From positions 630 through 64,629 of the forward strand of contig JAPLGL010000092.1 in NCBI GenBank assembly GCA_026390155.1: a stretch of DNA of 64,000 bases, read 5' to 3'. How positions within the stretch are numbered: the first letter of the stretch is position 1; each line of letters begins with the position of its first letter. This stretch comes from Caldisericota bacterium (GTDB lineage Bacteria > Caldisericota > Caldisericia > Cryosericales > Cryosericaceae). The notes under the pieces were generated by a model. It saw nothing but the letters and a program-made list of their open reading frames with translations. It was not told the origin of the DNA and ran no database searches. Both the position numbers and the translations under genes were made by a program. Positions 1 to 10,134 of this stretch are shown piece by piece.

Positions 1-329
1 GTCAGGCTTCTCCCCCTCGAGACGGCTATCAGCCCTGCCTCCGCCAGTACGGCCTGGTTCCATGTCCGGGATACCGAAGACCCAGGGTGGCGGTCTCGGC
101 AACCTGACCCTGCCCGCTGACGCCTCCACACTGTCCAGCGGGACCTGATTCACGCTTTCGAGCTTGCCGACGCCCGTTGCAGCGCCCGCGGGCCCAGGCG
201 GTGGGCTGTAGCCCGCAACAGAATCCACGCCTCTTTCTTGGCCCCCATTGACCTCCTGCCAGAGGAGCATTGCGCATCCCTTCTCGTGACGCTACAATGA
301 CGTATGGCAACTTACGTCGGAGGCATCAC

Positions 330-737
330 ATGGAATTCACACTCGAGTTCGAGAGAAGCGGCGACTTCATCGGTGTGGCGCGGTCACACGGCGTGGAACT
401 GGTCTTTGATACGGGACACGGCATCGACAAGCAGGGGCTGTGGCCAATGGAAGTGCTGGTGGCGTCACTGGGTGGATGCCTGAACCTGGACCTGGGAGCA
501 GCACTGCAGGAGTCTGACTACGCAGTCGACCAGCTGACGATGACGATCACTGGTCATCGCGACGATGAGATTCCCGCAATTGACCGCATCAACTGCCATA
601 TCGACGTCTGGTCGCCCACTCTGTCGCAGCCTGCAGCGGAGGAACTGCTTGCGTATGCGGTGGGGCGCAGTACGATCTGCAATACGCTGTCCAGAGCTGT
701 CAAGCTCGACGTCACCATTGCCGCTCACACGCCGTGA
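330..737 (+). CDS. OsmC/Ohr family protein
   Basis: GGAGG RBS at 319-323 before ATG 330; PMEVLVASLGGC motif; C-terminal STICNTL. Confidence 0.8.
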   Translation: MEFTLEFERSGDFIGVARSHGVELVFDTGHGIDKQGLWPMEVLVASLGGCLNLDLGAALQESDYAVDQLTMTITGHRDDEIPAIDRINCHIDVWSPTLSQPAAEELLAYAVGRSTICNTLSRAVKLDVTIAAHTP

Positions 738-804
738 ACATAGCTGGACCCTTCACAGTCCAATAGGTGCATCCGGAAGCAATTCTGCTGTTGTGGAGGT
801 ACAC

Positions 805-1401
805 ATGACAAGAAAGAGTCTTGGACTGATAAGTGTCATCCTTGTTGTCGTTCTTGGTCTTGGGGCACTGATAGCTGTTCCCGCCGTCCGTGCAGACACG
901 ACCGCACCGGTCAGTGCCGCGGACAAGGCTATTGCTGACGCAAAGCTGGCCACGCTCAAGGCGCTTGGTCAACAGATCCGTGAAGCCGCGAAGGCGGTTC
1001 AGGAGAAAGTCAAGGCCGCGAAGGCGGCGGGCATAGACCTCTCGGCGTTCAGGGCGGACATTGCCAAAGCCCTCAAGGGTGGCCAGCATCTTCGCATTGA
1101 TTTCAAGCGGATGCAGAAGCCTCAGCTTACCGACGCTGAACGTGTCCAGCTGAAAGCCATCGAGGTTCGCGTCATTGAGCTCAAGAAGCAGCTCAAGGCC
1201 AAGATTGACGCCAAAGCCCCACAGGCCGAGATCGAGGTTCTGAAAGCACAGTTGAAGGCTGTCATCGCCGAACGTGAGGCCCTCGTCAAGGCATTCCGTG
1301 CCGGGGCACGTGCACACTTCCTGGCCCGTCTGGACAACCTCATCGACGACGCACGCAAGGAACTCACGTTCCTGCAGGGTCTCCTCGGCAGGCTGCCCTA
1401 G
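805..1401 (+). CDS. Secreted Ala/Lys-rich alpha-helical (coiled-coil) hypothetical protein
   Basis: GGAGG RBS; signal peptide ending VRA-D; helical repeats; hairpin downstream. Confidence 0.75.
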   Translation: MTRKSLGLISVILVVVLGLGALIAVPAVRADTTAPVSAADKAIADAKLATLKALGQQIREAAKAVQEKVKAAKAAGIDLSAFRADIAKALKGGQHLRIDFKRMQKPQLTDAERVQLKAIEVRVIELKKQLKAKIDAKAPQAEIEVLKAQLKAVIAEREALVKAFRAGARAHFLARLDNLIDDARKELTFLQGLLGRLP

Positions 1402-1424
1402 CAGCTGACTCATCATCCATGACT

Positions 1425-1453
1425 GGCGGACAGGTGCTTGGCACCCGTCCGCC
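1425..1453 (+). terminator. Stem-loop after 805..1401
   Basis: ggcggacaggtgc-ttg-gcacccgtccgcc near-perfect inverted repeat. Confidence 0.6.
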
Positions 1454-1488
1454 TTCTCATTTCAGGGAAAAGCGTCACGATGCAAGGG

Positions 1489-1569
1489 TGGATTCCTGCA
1501 TGCGCGGGAATGACAGATAGGAAGGTGGTTGCCGCGCTCTTTCTGTCGTCCCCGCGAAGGCGGGGACCA
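1489..1569. repeat. Inverted pair of GTCAT-type REP-like palindromes
   Basis: tggattcctgcatgcgcgggaatgac (1489-1514) and gtcgtccccgcgaaggcggggacca (1545-1569); a further copy lies at 46848-46873. Confidence 0.7.
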
Positions 1570-1631
1570 ACATCACTCGTTTGCTGTCGGAGACACTATC
1601 ATGCTATACTTCGGTTAAGGTGGTGATGCCC

Positions 1632-2084
1632 ATGAGAAGAAGTGTTATTGCTGTTCTAGTGTTGGCTGTCGTTCTGTCCCTGACAGGATGCAAGTTGGGC
1701 CCCATGGAGTCCACTGAGGGCAACGTCAAGGTTACGCTCCCGATTCGCCAGCAATCGGTCACATTTGTCAAGCAGACTGACGGCTCGTGGAAGGGCAGCG
1801 TCCACACGACCGGCACTGCCCGGGCATTCGAAGCGACGGTCAGCTGGGAAGCGACACGGCAGTTGTCGCCCGACCTCCTAGCCTCTCTGGGACAGGGCAG
1901 CTTCATGACATCCGCAGGAGCACCCGAGTATGGTGCCTTCGATCAGGTGCTGGTGCTCATCAGTTCCGCCTCGAGTCCGGCCCCGGCAGGCAAAGGAACA
2001 CTGCGCATCTTCATCACCAGCATGAAGGACGGCAGTCAGCAGGACATTGTGGACATCCCCCTGACTCTGCGCGTCGGACAGTGA
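1632..2084 (+). CDS. Lipoprotein with Gmad2-like immunoglobulin domain
   Basis: Lipobox LTGC; GTARAFEATVSW and YGAF motifs; start may be 1626. Confidence 0.7.
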   Translation: MRRSVIAVLVLAVVLSLTGCKLGPMESTEGNVKVTLPIRQQSVTFVKQTDGSWKGSVHTTGTARAFEATVSWEATRQLSPDLLASLGQGSFMTSAGAPEYGAFDQVLVLISSASSPAPAGKGTLRIFITSMKDGSQQDIVDIPLTLRVGQ

Positions 2085-2246
2085 AGAACTGCACTTGAAC
2101 AACTGACTGACCCTTGTAGTCTAACAAGTGCAGGGGAGTGCCCTGAAGAAGTGAGGCAGCTGCAGCTGCTGCATCCAATGAGGGGCCTGATCCTGCAAAT
2201 GGTGACGGGAGGGCCGTGCGTAGGCCCGCCCGTCACCGCGTTCAAC

Positions 2247-3404
2247 CTACTGTGGCCGCTGTGAGCTGTTGATGACCCTGTCTTTCCAGCTTGTGTGACG
2301 CGTCAGGGATTGTATCATCGACCAGAACGCAATGAAGACGCAGATGGGCTGTCCTACAATCCATGTCACGCTCAGGGCCCATGAAAAGCGGAATCGTACG
2401 GCGATGATGCCCCATTGAAGGATCGACAGGGCGACTGCTCCCAGCGCCGTCACGATCCCCTGCAACGGGATGGCGTACCCAAGGGCAGCTGCTGCCAGCA
2501 CTACAATCGGGGCGCTGTACACCATCAGGACGATGAGCCAGACAAACGTGAGCAGTAGTGGGCTGTGATAGAACACCGCATACAGGTTCTTCGAGAATCC
2601 CCGCACGCTTTCCTGAAGTCCGCCGTACATACGGCAGGAGACCCGATTGGTTCCGTCTGCGAGACGCCAGCGCATTCTCGATGCCTTGATGAGGCGAGCC
2701 AAGGACAAGTCATCCACAGCATTTGAACGGACTCGCTCATATCCGCCGACTTGTCTCAGCGATGTCGTGCGGAACATCATGTACTGGCCGATCGCCGATG
2801 CGAGCACAGGCATCTCTGTGTGAAATGCCAGCCACATCGGCAGCAGCGCAAAGAACGACCATACAGGCATTGGAACAGTCAGGAGTTCTCCAAACGTCCC
2901 CACAACCTCGCGTGGAATGGCGGACAGCAGGTCAAGCTGCCCCGTGAGCATCCGTGCGACTCCGTTGCGCACGGCAGATGGATGGTGCCATGTATCTGCG
3001 TCGACATACAGCACATATTCCCCGTCGGCCTTCTCCAATAGTTGCTGACATGCCCAGTGTTTGCCGATCCATCCTGCGGGCAGGGGGCGACCCTCCAGTA
3101 CCAGCAGCCTTTGATCCGCACTGGCGAGCCTGTGCAGGATTTCACCGGTACCGTCGGTCGAGCCGTCATCAAGCACCAGCACATCGAAGTCCGGATAGTC
3201 CTGATCCAGGAGTGAGGCAACACACCGTTCGATGACCCGTGCTTCGTTGCGTGCAGGTACCAGGACAGAAACTCGAGGAACGCGCGGCAGGGCTGTGAAC
3301 TCCTCCAGACGCCGCAGGACAAACCAGTTGCTGACCTCGATAAGCGTGGTGACGACGAGGAACCCTATGACCGTCCACTGCTGGGACGCCCAGAATGCTC
3401 TCAT
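2247..3404 (-). CDS. Glycosyltransferase family 2 (CrtQ/CruC-like, membrane-bound)
   Basis: VSVLVPARNE, DDGSTDGT, GWIGK, YVDAD and DDLSLAR motifs; C-terminal TM helices; ATG overlaps the upstream stop. Confidence 0.85.
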   Translation of the reverse strand: MRAFWASQQWTVIGFLVVTTLIEVSNWFVLRRLEEFTALPRVPRVSVLVPARNEARVIERCVASLLDQDYPDFDVLVLDDGSTDGTGEILHRLASADQRLLVLEGRPLPAGWIGKHWACQQLLEKADGEYVLYVDADTWHHPSAVRNGVARMLTGQLDLLSAIPREVVGTFGELLTVPMPVWSFFALLPMWLAFHTEMPVLASAIGQYMMFRTTSLRQVGGYERVRSNAVDDLSLARLIKASRMRWRLADGTNRVSCRMYGGLQESVRGFSKNLYAVFYHSPLLLTFVWLIVLMVYSAPIVVLAAAALGYAIPLQGIVTALGAVALSILQWGIIAVRFRFSWALSVTWIVGQPICVFIAFWSMIQSLTRHTSWKDRVINSSQRPQ

Positions 3405-4075
3405 CACTCCTGCCGCGTCTTGAAAAATGGTGGATGAAGATCCTGAATATGGCGCTGGATGAGGAGGCCATAGTTGGTGATTCCTGTCACGAGCACGGGA
3501 GCCGAAGGATATGCCCACAGGAGATAGACCAGGATGACAAACCACCCCAGCATAAGGGTCCAGGCGTCCTCCAGCCGAACGAACAGAACCAGAAGACAAA
3601 GCACTAGTCCGAAAAACATGGGGACGCGCCACACGGTAAGCCCCATCCACACGCCAAAGGTCACCGCGATGCCCTTGCCACCACGCCCTCGCAGAAACGG
3701 CGAGAACATGTGCCCAAGCAGCGGGGCAGCCATGATCGGGAGAATCGCCCACCCCGTGACGTGCCACCGCCAGTACGCAAGCGCCACCGGGATGAAGCCC
3801 TTCATCCCTTCAAGGATGACAGCCAGCAGACCCACGACCGGACCAGCCACGCGCCACGCATTGGCGGATCCGGGATAGTGGTCACCAACATCCCGGGGAT
3901 CTCGACGTGCAAACAGCCACGCCAGAAGAACGGCAAAAGGCAGGGATCCCATTACAAAACCGACAACCGTCCAGAAAACCGCTGTCCAAAGTGAGGGTTC
4001 GCCTGGCAGAAGGAGAGGCTGCGGACCGTGAAGGAATCCGTAGAGCGTTCCGGCGTCTGCTATCGCTCCCTCCAT
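3404..4075 (-). CDS. plsY: Glycerol-3-phosphate acyltransferase PlsY family
   Basis: GSLPF, PGSANAWR, EGMKG and GHMFSPFLRGRGGKG motifs; start uncertain. Confidence 0.8.
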   Translation of the reverse strand: MEGAIADAGTLYGFLHGPQPLLLPGEPSLWTAVFWTVVGFVMGSLPFAVLLAWLFARRDPRDVGDHYPGSANAWRVAGPVVGLLAVILEGMKGFIPVALAYWRWHVTGWAILPIMAAPLLGHMFSPFLRGRGGKGIAVTFGVWMGLTVWRVPMFFGLVLCLLVLFVRLEDAWTLMLGWFVILVYLLWAYPSAPVLVTGITNYGLLIQRHIQDLHPPFFKTRQE

Positions 4076-4077
4076 CT

Positions 4078-5001
4078 TCAGAGAACTTCTCCCGCCTGCA
4101 ACGCCGTGCTGTGGCAGCAGTCCCTCAAGACGGCCGAAATGTCTTCCTCTGAGTCACCCGGATATGACACGTCTGGAACGAGCAGCCATGACTCAGCGTG
4201 CTCCATAGTCTCGCCGGGCTGAAGTGTATGCAGAGGAGACAGTGTCTCCATCTCCAGCATGAAGTCCGTCGTGTAGCTCTCGTAGTTCACGCCAAAATCC
4301 GGGTATTCCTCACGCGGCACAAACGCGAAACGCTTCATGAACACTGAATGCTTGTTGAAATACGCGGCCCATCCGGCCTCATCTGTGAGGCCCAGCTTAT
4401 ACGGAGACTTGATAGCAGGGTCCTGATGCAGCACGACAAATCGGTCTCCCCAGTGAACGCGGGGGTCGTCCATGCGGGCGTAGGACCACAGGGCAATGCT
4501 GCGGTTGGGCAGCAATCCGGTGTCGACGCGTGTCTGCGGGATGACCTCGACGCCCCCTGGCGCCATGACAGTGATAGCCCACACACCCAGGCGGACCGGC
4601 CACAGTCCGCGGTTGATCAGGCGATGCATCACGGTCACGCCCGTTCCCGTGGCGTCCAGTGACACCTTCATCTCCTTCTGGATGCCTGTCGCCGCTTCAA
4701 TTGACGGTTTCAGGACAATAGTACGGTCTCCATCCTCGCACGGCACTGGCACATTGTCCGGCTGGTACGTTCGCGGATTCGCTTCAGGGCTGTGCCACAG
4801 GCGATGGCCCCCAAAGGTGTGCCAGGTGTCGCCTCCTGTCAGCCCATCCTCGTCACGGACCTCGCAGAGGACATTCTCCTTGCCCTCAAACCCATACCGC
4901 ACAATCCGCGGCCCGACGTCGGTCGTCACGATCACATCCACCGTACCGTTGCTGACTCGCCTGCAATGCTGCCACCCGCGGAACGCCACCTGTTCGGTCA
5001 T
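4078..5001 (-). CDS. Conserved protein, galactose-mutarotase-like beta-sandwich (DUF4380-like)
   Basis: GPRIVRY, GGHRLWHSPE, YPDFG and ELETLSPL-type motifs; GGAGG before ATG 5001. Confidence 0.6.
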   Translation of the reverse strand: MTEQVAFRGWQHCRRVSNGTVDVIVTTDVGPRIVRYGFEGKENVLCEVRDEDGLTGGDTWHTFGGHRLWHSPEANPRTYQPDNVPVPCEDGDRTIVLKPSIEAATGIQKEMKVSLDATGTGVTVMHRLINRGLWPVRLGVWAITVMAPGGVEVIPQTRVDTGLLPNRSIALWSYARMDDPRVHWGDRFVVLHQDPAIKSPYKLGLTDEAGWAAYFNKHSVFMKRFAFVPREEYPDFGVNYESYTTDFMLEMETLSPLHTLQPGETMEHAESWLLVPDVSYPGDSEEDISAVLRDCCHSTALQAGEVL

Positions 5002-5259
5002 CGTCTCCTCCATCGCCGTCCGGCGATCCACGTGCGCGGTCACTCATCGATTCGGCATGCCTGCTGCAGTGAACTGGATTTCTGGTCCGACAGTCGGCAG
5101 TTTGCCCCTTCAGGACCATGCAACACCCATACCTTCAGTGTATGCCAGCCAAAGTACCTTGCAAGAAGGCAGTCTGCAGGGGGTGCGCCTGGTACTCGTT
5201 GGCAGGGAGTGAGCCTTGCCACCGATTTCGTAGAATGTGTAGACCTGACCCCGGGAGGA

Positions 5260-6399
5260 TCAGCCAATGACGGCCTTTTCGGTCAGCAGCTCACCACGGG
5301 CGAAGCGGCGGAAGTTGTAGTGCTCGATGTCGATGCTTGGCTTGCCGTCTGCAATGTACTCGGCAAGCAGCCGGCCTACGATGGGGCCCATCATGAACCC
5401 ATGGCCCGAGTAGCCATTGGCCTGGAAGAAGCCCGGGACCTCGTCGATGGGGCCAAGCACGGGGTGGGCGTCCGGCGAGACGACGTAGTAGCCTGCCCAC
5501 TGGCGCATGAGCTTGACACCGGCAAGGCGCGGCACGATCTCGGTGGCTTCACCGGCAAACTTGGTCAGGAATTCAAATGTGGAGTCGACGTCCGTAGCAC
5601 CCTTGTCTCCTGTGTCGGTACCGCCCACGACATTGCCTCGATGTGTCTGCAGGAAGTAGAGTGAATTCTTGACCAGCATCGGGCCCAGAAACCGTTCGAG
5701 TGGCTCAGTCGCCATGATCTGGTGCTTGTCGAGGCGGTAGGGCAGGTCGACATCCAGCATCGCGGCGAGTGCCTTCGAACCCGGTCCAGCCGCGTTGACG
5801 ACGTTTTTCGTCTCGATGTTGCCCTGAGTCGTGTGCAGCATGAACGTATGAGTGGTGGTCGACTCCAGCTCAAACACGTGCGTCGTGGTCATGATGTCCA
5901 CGCCAAGGCGTCGTGCTGCCTGTGCGTACCCAGTGACAGTGTCGAAGGGAAACGCCATGCCGTCCTTGTCATACCACTGTCCGGCAAGGAACGAATCGGT
6001 GTTGAGCGACGGACAAATCTCCTTCGCCTCCTGACGGTCGACGATGCGACTCATGACACCGTGCGTGTTCTGAAATTCGACATTGTGCTTCGCCTTCTCC
6101 ACTAGTTCCGGCGTATCCCACAGAAACAGGTAGCCACACGCCTCAAAGTGGACATCGTAGCCAAGCTCCTCGGACAAGTGCGACCAGATCTCCTCTGCTT
6201 CCCGAAGGAGGACAATCTGGTCGGGTCCGGTGAACTGGGCGCGGATACCAGAACCACACCGTCCGGTGGACCCACTGCCCAGGTAGCACTCATCCAGGAC
6301 GGCGACATCTTTGCAGCCCCTGCTGGCAAGCTCGTAGGCGATGGCTAGCCCTGAGATGCCGCCGCCGACAATAACGCAATCATAGCTACTTCTCATCAT
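5260..6399 (-). CDS. FAD-dependent oxidoreductase, sarcosine oxidase beta / L-proline dehydrogenase beta-like
   Basis: GGGISG dinucleotide fold; GSTGRCGSGIR, RQWAG and GYSGHGFMMGP motifs. Confidence 0.88.
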   Translation of the reverse strand: MMRSSYDCVIVGGGISGLAIAYELASRGCKDVAVLDECYLGSGSTGRCGSGIRAQFTGPDQIVLLREAEEIWSHLSEELGYDVHFEACGYLFLWDTPELVEKAKHNVEFQNTHGVMSRIVDRQEAKEICPSLNTDSFLAGQWYDKDGMAFPFDTVTGYAQAARRLGVDIMTTTHVFELESTTTHTFMLHTTQGNIETKNVVNAAGPGSKALAAMLDVDLPYRLDKHQIMATEPLERFLGPMLVKNSLYFLQTHRGNVVGGTDTGDKGATDVDSTFEFLTKFAGEATEIVPRLAGVKLMRQWAGYYVVSPDAHPVLGPIDEVPGFFQANGYSGHGFMMGPIVGRLLAEYIADGKPSIDIEHYNFRRFARGELLTEKAVIG

Positions 6400-6679
6400 C
6401 CGCCTCCTTGCCCTTCGCGAAAAATCCCAGCGGAACGGGGTCGACCGGTGGGCGTGTCGTAGGCGTTATGATCTGATCAAGAGTCCTGCCCGTCTCGCGC
6501 GCAAGAATCTGTGCGGCAAGCAGAATACACGTCTTGCCCTGACAGGGTCCGAGGCCGAACTTGACGTACCGCTTGAGTGATTGCAGGTCGGCGTAGCCTT
6601 CGTGGATAGCGTCCTGGATCTCCCGAACAGAGATGTCCTCACATCTGCAGGCGATCGTCTTCTCGTCTTCTCTCGTCAT
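6386..6679 (-). CDS. BFD-like (2Fe-2S)-binding subunit
   Basis: CRCED...GLGPCQGKTC...RPP. Confidence 0.85.
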   Translation of the reverse strand: MTREDEKTIACRCEDISVREIQDAIHEGYADLQSLKRYVKFGLGPCQGKTCILLAAQILARETGRTLDQIITPTTRPPVDPVPLGFFAKGKEADDEK

Positions 6680-6683
6680 GTCG

Positions 6684-7172
6684 TCACCCCACCCTGATGT
6701 TGCGCACCTGCTCACAGAGAGCGGGATCGTCGAACTCGACAGATATTAGAGATGACTTGCTGACGTTGTCTGCAGGCAGGACGAACTTGACGGTAGCGCT
6801 TCCAAGCGAAGCTCCGTCGCGACCAAGCAGTGTCACCGTGCCGCCCCTGGCCGGGAGAGGCAGGTACTCATATGGAACGGTGACAGAAGCCTTGGCCTTC
6901 GACTTGTCCTGGATGAAGATGGCCAGTCCTGGGCAGACCTTGAGGCAGCTCATGCAGCCGGTGCACTTGGCAAAGTCCACGCGCGGGATGCCGTTGATGC
7001 CATCCATGCTGATGGCGTCGAATCTGCAGGCGCCGACACATGGGTTGCAGGGGATCTCCTGGATGCACTCGACGACCGCGACAGGTCCTTTCTTCTCACG
7101 TTCTTCAAGTGGGAGGAACCCGTTCTCGCGGAGATAGACAACATCGATGATTCCGGTTTCAAAGTAGCTCAT
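6684..7172 (-). CDS. 4Fe-4S dicluster subunit
   Basis: ECIQEIPCNPCVGAC and CTGCMSCLKVCPG. Confidence 0.88.
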   Translation of the reverse strand: MSYFETGIIDVVYLRENGFLPLEEREKKGPVAVVECIQEIPCNPCVGACRFDAISMDGINGIPRVDFAKCTGCMSCLKVCPGLAIFIQDKSKAKASVTVPYEYLPLPARGGTVTLLGRDGASLGSATVKFVLPADNVSKSSLISVEFDDPALCEQVRNIRVG

Positions 7173-8587
7173 TCAAGCACCTCGACACATTTGAGTCCGA
7201 TACAGATCTTGACGCCGAACGGTCCGGCACGGAGGTCATCCAGATTGCGCCTGGTCTCCTTCTGTTCTTCGATCGGCACATCTGTATGCCCGAGGTCGTA
7301 CGCGGCCTGAAGTCCTGCGATCTTGCCTTCCATCATAGCGGTGGAGGCCTCTTCGATGCCGGAGGCGTCCCCTGCTGCGAAGATATCGGGATTGCTGGTA
7401 CGCATCGCCCAGTTGCGCTTGGCGACCCAGCCGCCCAACTCACCGGTATAAGCGAGATCGACCTTTGCCTGCTCGAGAAGCTCGGTGGAGGGCTTGAGCC
7501 CAGCCGACAGACAGATCGTATCACACTCGACACGCTGCTCGGTGCCAGGAATCGGTTGCCACTTCTCGTCGACCTCGGCGATGATCGCCGCTTCGACGTG
7601 GTCGGTGCCGATCGCTTCCAGCACCGTATGACGTGTCATGATGCGGACCCCGTTCCGGGCGACCTTGCTCGCATGGACGAGGTATCCGCCCACTCGTGGC
7701 GCACCCTCGATGACCGCGACGACTTCTATGCCGGCCTGCATCAGCTGGTAGCTGACAATGAGACCGACATTGCCGGCGCCGACCATCAGGACTTTATTGC
7801 CAGGCTTGATGCCGTAGACATTCATCAGCGTCTGCGCAGCCCCTGCCCCAAAGACGCCTGGCATGTCGTTGTTCTTGAACATCAGCATCTTCTCGGCCGC
7901 GCCGGTTGCAACGATGACCTTGCGGGGGTGAAACAGGACCGCATGGTCCTGATCGGCCGCACAGATAGCTCCCTGGAACCACCCAAACGCAGTGAAGCCA
8001 CTGTACACAGTGATGCTGGGTGTCGCCGCGACCTCATCAATCAGTTTCTTCGCAATCGTAATACCACGTGTTCCAGCATTCTCTTTCGCCGAGCCGAAGA
8101 ACTTGTGCGTCTGCTTGACCAGCTGACCGCCCAGTTGAGGGTTCTGGTCCAGCAAGACGACGTCCGCACCAGCATTGGCTGCCCAGAGGGATGCTTCCAG
8201 TCCCGCCGGCCCGCCGCCGACGACCAGGACCTCTGCACTCTTCTCCTTGACCCCCTTCATGGCTGCCTGCACATCAGGGAACTTGCCGTCACCGTGCTGC
8301 GTTTGGACGTCCATCCCATCTCGGACCTGCAGGACACATGTTCGCGTGTTGGGGATGCCGTCAACCCGCATCATGCACGACGAGCACTTGCCGATGGCGC
8401 AGAACATGCCCCTCGGACGGTAGAAGCGGGAGGAGGTGCTGTACTGATTCACGCCAGCCGCATACAGGGTCATCGCTACTGTTTCTCGTGGGTAGGCGGT
8501 AATCTGTCTGCCGTCGTATGTGACGCGCACGGGGGTTCCCCGGTCCCACGCAAGGATCGGATGCGTGACAATACGGTTGTCGTCCAC
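7169..8587 (-). CDS. Sarcosine oxidase alpha / proline dehydrogenase alpha-like subunit (2Fe-2S plus FAD/NAD domains)
   Basis: RPRGMFCAIGKCSSC, GGGPAG, ATGA and AAGD motifs; GAGGTG RBS before GTG 8587. Confidence 0.85.
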   Translation of the reverse strand: MDDNRIVTHPILAWDRGTPVRVTYDGRQITAYPRETVAMTLYAAGVNQYSTSSRFYRPRGMFCAIGKCSSCMMRVDGIPNTRTCVLQVRDGMDVQTQHGDGKFPDVQAAMKGVKEKSAEVLVVGGGPAGLEASLWAANAGADVVLLDQNPQLGGQLVKQTHKFFGSAKENAGTRGITIAKKLIDEVAATPSITVYSGFTAFGWFQGAICAADQDHAVLFHPRKVIVATGAAEKMLMFKNNDMPGVFGAGAAQTLMNVYGIKPGNKVLMVGAGNVGLIVSYQLMQAGIEVVAVIEGAPRVGGYLVHASKVARNGVRIMTRHTVLEAIGTDHVEAAIIAEVDEKWQPIPGTEQRVECDTICLSAGLKPSTELLEQAKVDLAYTGELGGWVAKRNWAMRTSNPDIFAAGDASGIEEASTAMMEGKIAGLQAAYDLGHTDVPIEEQKETRRNLDDLRAGPFGVKICIGLKCVEVLE

Positions 8588-8941
8588 TTTTTTCACCTCT
8601 CCGATACGGATTGCTTTCCTACGCTTGCAGTATAGAAGCACACCCTTTTTTTTCCACAAGTCCGTGAAATAAACGACAAGCTGTTGACGTGCAACCGTGC
8701 TTCGAGACGCATGAGACAAGGGCTTGACAGATGCTGGCCCTGTCGAGGCTCTCGGTCGCCAGTTCCACACATATTGCATTTTTCCCGACATCCGTCAACA
8801 TGGTGACGGACCACGGTCCCAGGAGACACCACAGAAAAGCACGAACTCCGACAAAAGGGTACGGTACCACAGGCTTTACCGAAAAAGCTCGTGCATAGTA
8901 TCGATGTCACTACATTCGCGCGAGAAACAGGAGGTAAGGGA

Positions 8942-10105
8942 ATGAGAAAGACCGTATCAGTACTACTGGTTTGCATGCTTGCCGCAGTGCTCTTCCTTTC
9001 CGGTTGTGCCAAGAAGACTGGTGATACCGGACCGATCCAGATCGCTCTGCAAGCTCCCATCACTGGTGATTACGCGTACGAAGGTCAAATGGCCAAACAA
9101 TCGGTCGAAGTTGCCACGGAACTCATCAACAAAGCCGGCGGCGTCCTGGGACGTGAGATCGCAGTCACGGTCGTGGATGATGGCTCCAATCCCAAGGACA
9201 GCGCCATCGCCGCGCAGAAGGCGGTCTCTCTGAAGGTCGTCGCCGTCATTGGCAGCTACGGTTCGTCAGTCACCGAGCCGGCCGAGGACATCTACGAGAA
9301 GAACAAGATGGTCTCGGTGGGCTACGGCTGCACCGCTCTCCGCCTGACCGTGGATAAGAAGCCCGCCTACTTCTTCAGGACTTGCGGGCGCGACGATGCC
9401 CAAGGCCTGTTCTTTGCCAAGTACGCTGTCGAAACAATGGGCGCAAAGCGCATCGCCATCATGCACGATAACAGCACCTTCGCCAAGGGCGTCGCCGAGG
9501 AAGCTAAGAAGGCCCTCCAGCCGTATGTTGACGCAGGGAAATGCGAAATCACTTACTACGACGCCGTCACCCCGGGCGAGAAGGACTTTTCCGCTGCCGT
9601 CACCAAGCTGCGCAATACCCAGCCCGATGTCTGGTACTACACGGGCTACTACACTGAAGCCGGTCTGCTGGTCCGCCAGGCACGTGATGCCGGCCTGACC
9701 TGCCCGTTCATTGGCGGAAACGCCGCTATCAACGATGACTTCATCAAGATCGCCGGAATCGACGTCGCAAAGGGCTGTCTCATGACTCAGGAACCCCTGG
9801 TCACCGACGTCACGACCGCCATTTCCGAGCAGTTCCGTACGCTGTACAAGGAGAAGTTCGGCGACGTCCCCTCCAGCCCATGGCCGGTGTATGCCGCTGA
9901 CGCCCTCTACGCCATCGTCGGGGCCATCAAGAACGCGAACTCTACTGAATCAGATGCCATCGCCACCGCCATGCATACTAACATGACCGGCGTGGAAGGC
10001 GTCACTGGCGCCGTCAAGTTCACCGCAATTGGCGACCGCGAGGATGTTCCTTACAAGATGTACGAGGTTACCGCCGACGGCAAGTACATCGTCCATCAGC
10101 AGTAG
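8942..10105 (+). CDS. livK: Branched-chain amino acid ABC transporter substrate-binding lipoprotein
   Basis: Lipobox LSGC; INKAGGVLG, GSYGSSVT and FFRT motifs. Confidence 0.88.
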   Translation: MRKTVSVLLVCMLAAVLFLSGCAKKTGDTGPIQIALQAPITGDYAYEGQMAKQSVEVATELINKAGGVLGREIAVTVVDDGSNPKDSAIAAQKAVSLKVVAVIGSYGSSVTEPAEDIYEKNKMVSVGYGCTALRLTVDKKPAYFFRTCGRDDAQGLFFAKYAVETMGAKRIAIMHDNSTFAKGVAEEAKKALQPYVDAGKCEITYYDAVTPGEKDFSAAVTKLRNTQPDVWYYTGYYTEAGLLVRQARDAGLTCPFIGGNAAINDDFIKIAGIDVAKGCLMTQEPLVTDVTTAISEQFRTLYKEKFGDVPSSPWPVYAADALYAIVGAIKNANSTESDAIATAMHTNMTGVEGVTGAVKFTAIGDREDVPYKMYEVTADGKYIVHQQ

Positions 10106-10134
10106 TCTTAAATCCTAACTGAAGCGAGGTCACC

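Noticed and set aside
294-311. Fifth GTTGCC-N6-GGCAAC operator before the first osmC
   Set aside because: Only the right half-site (GGCAAC) is present.
7286-8635. Long antisense ORFs (also 37950-39023, 57451-58044, 59580-60440)
   Set aside because: Shadow frames of well-supported genes, expected in GC-rich DNA.
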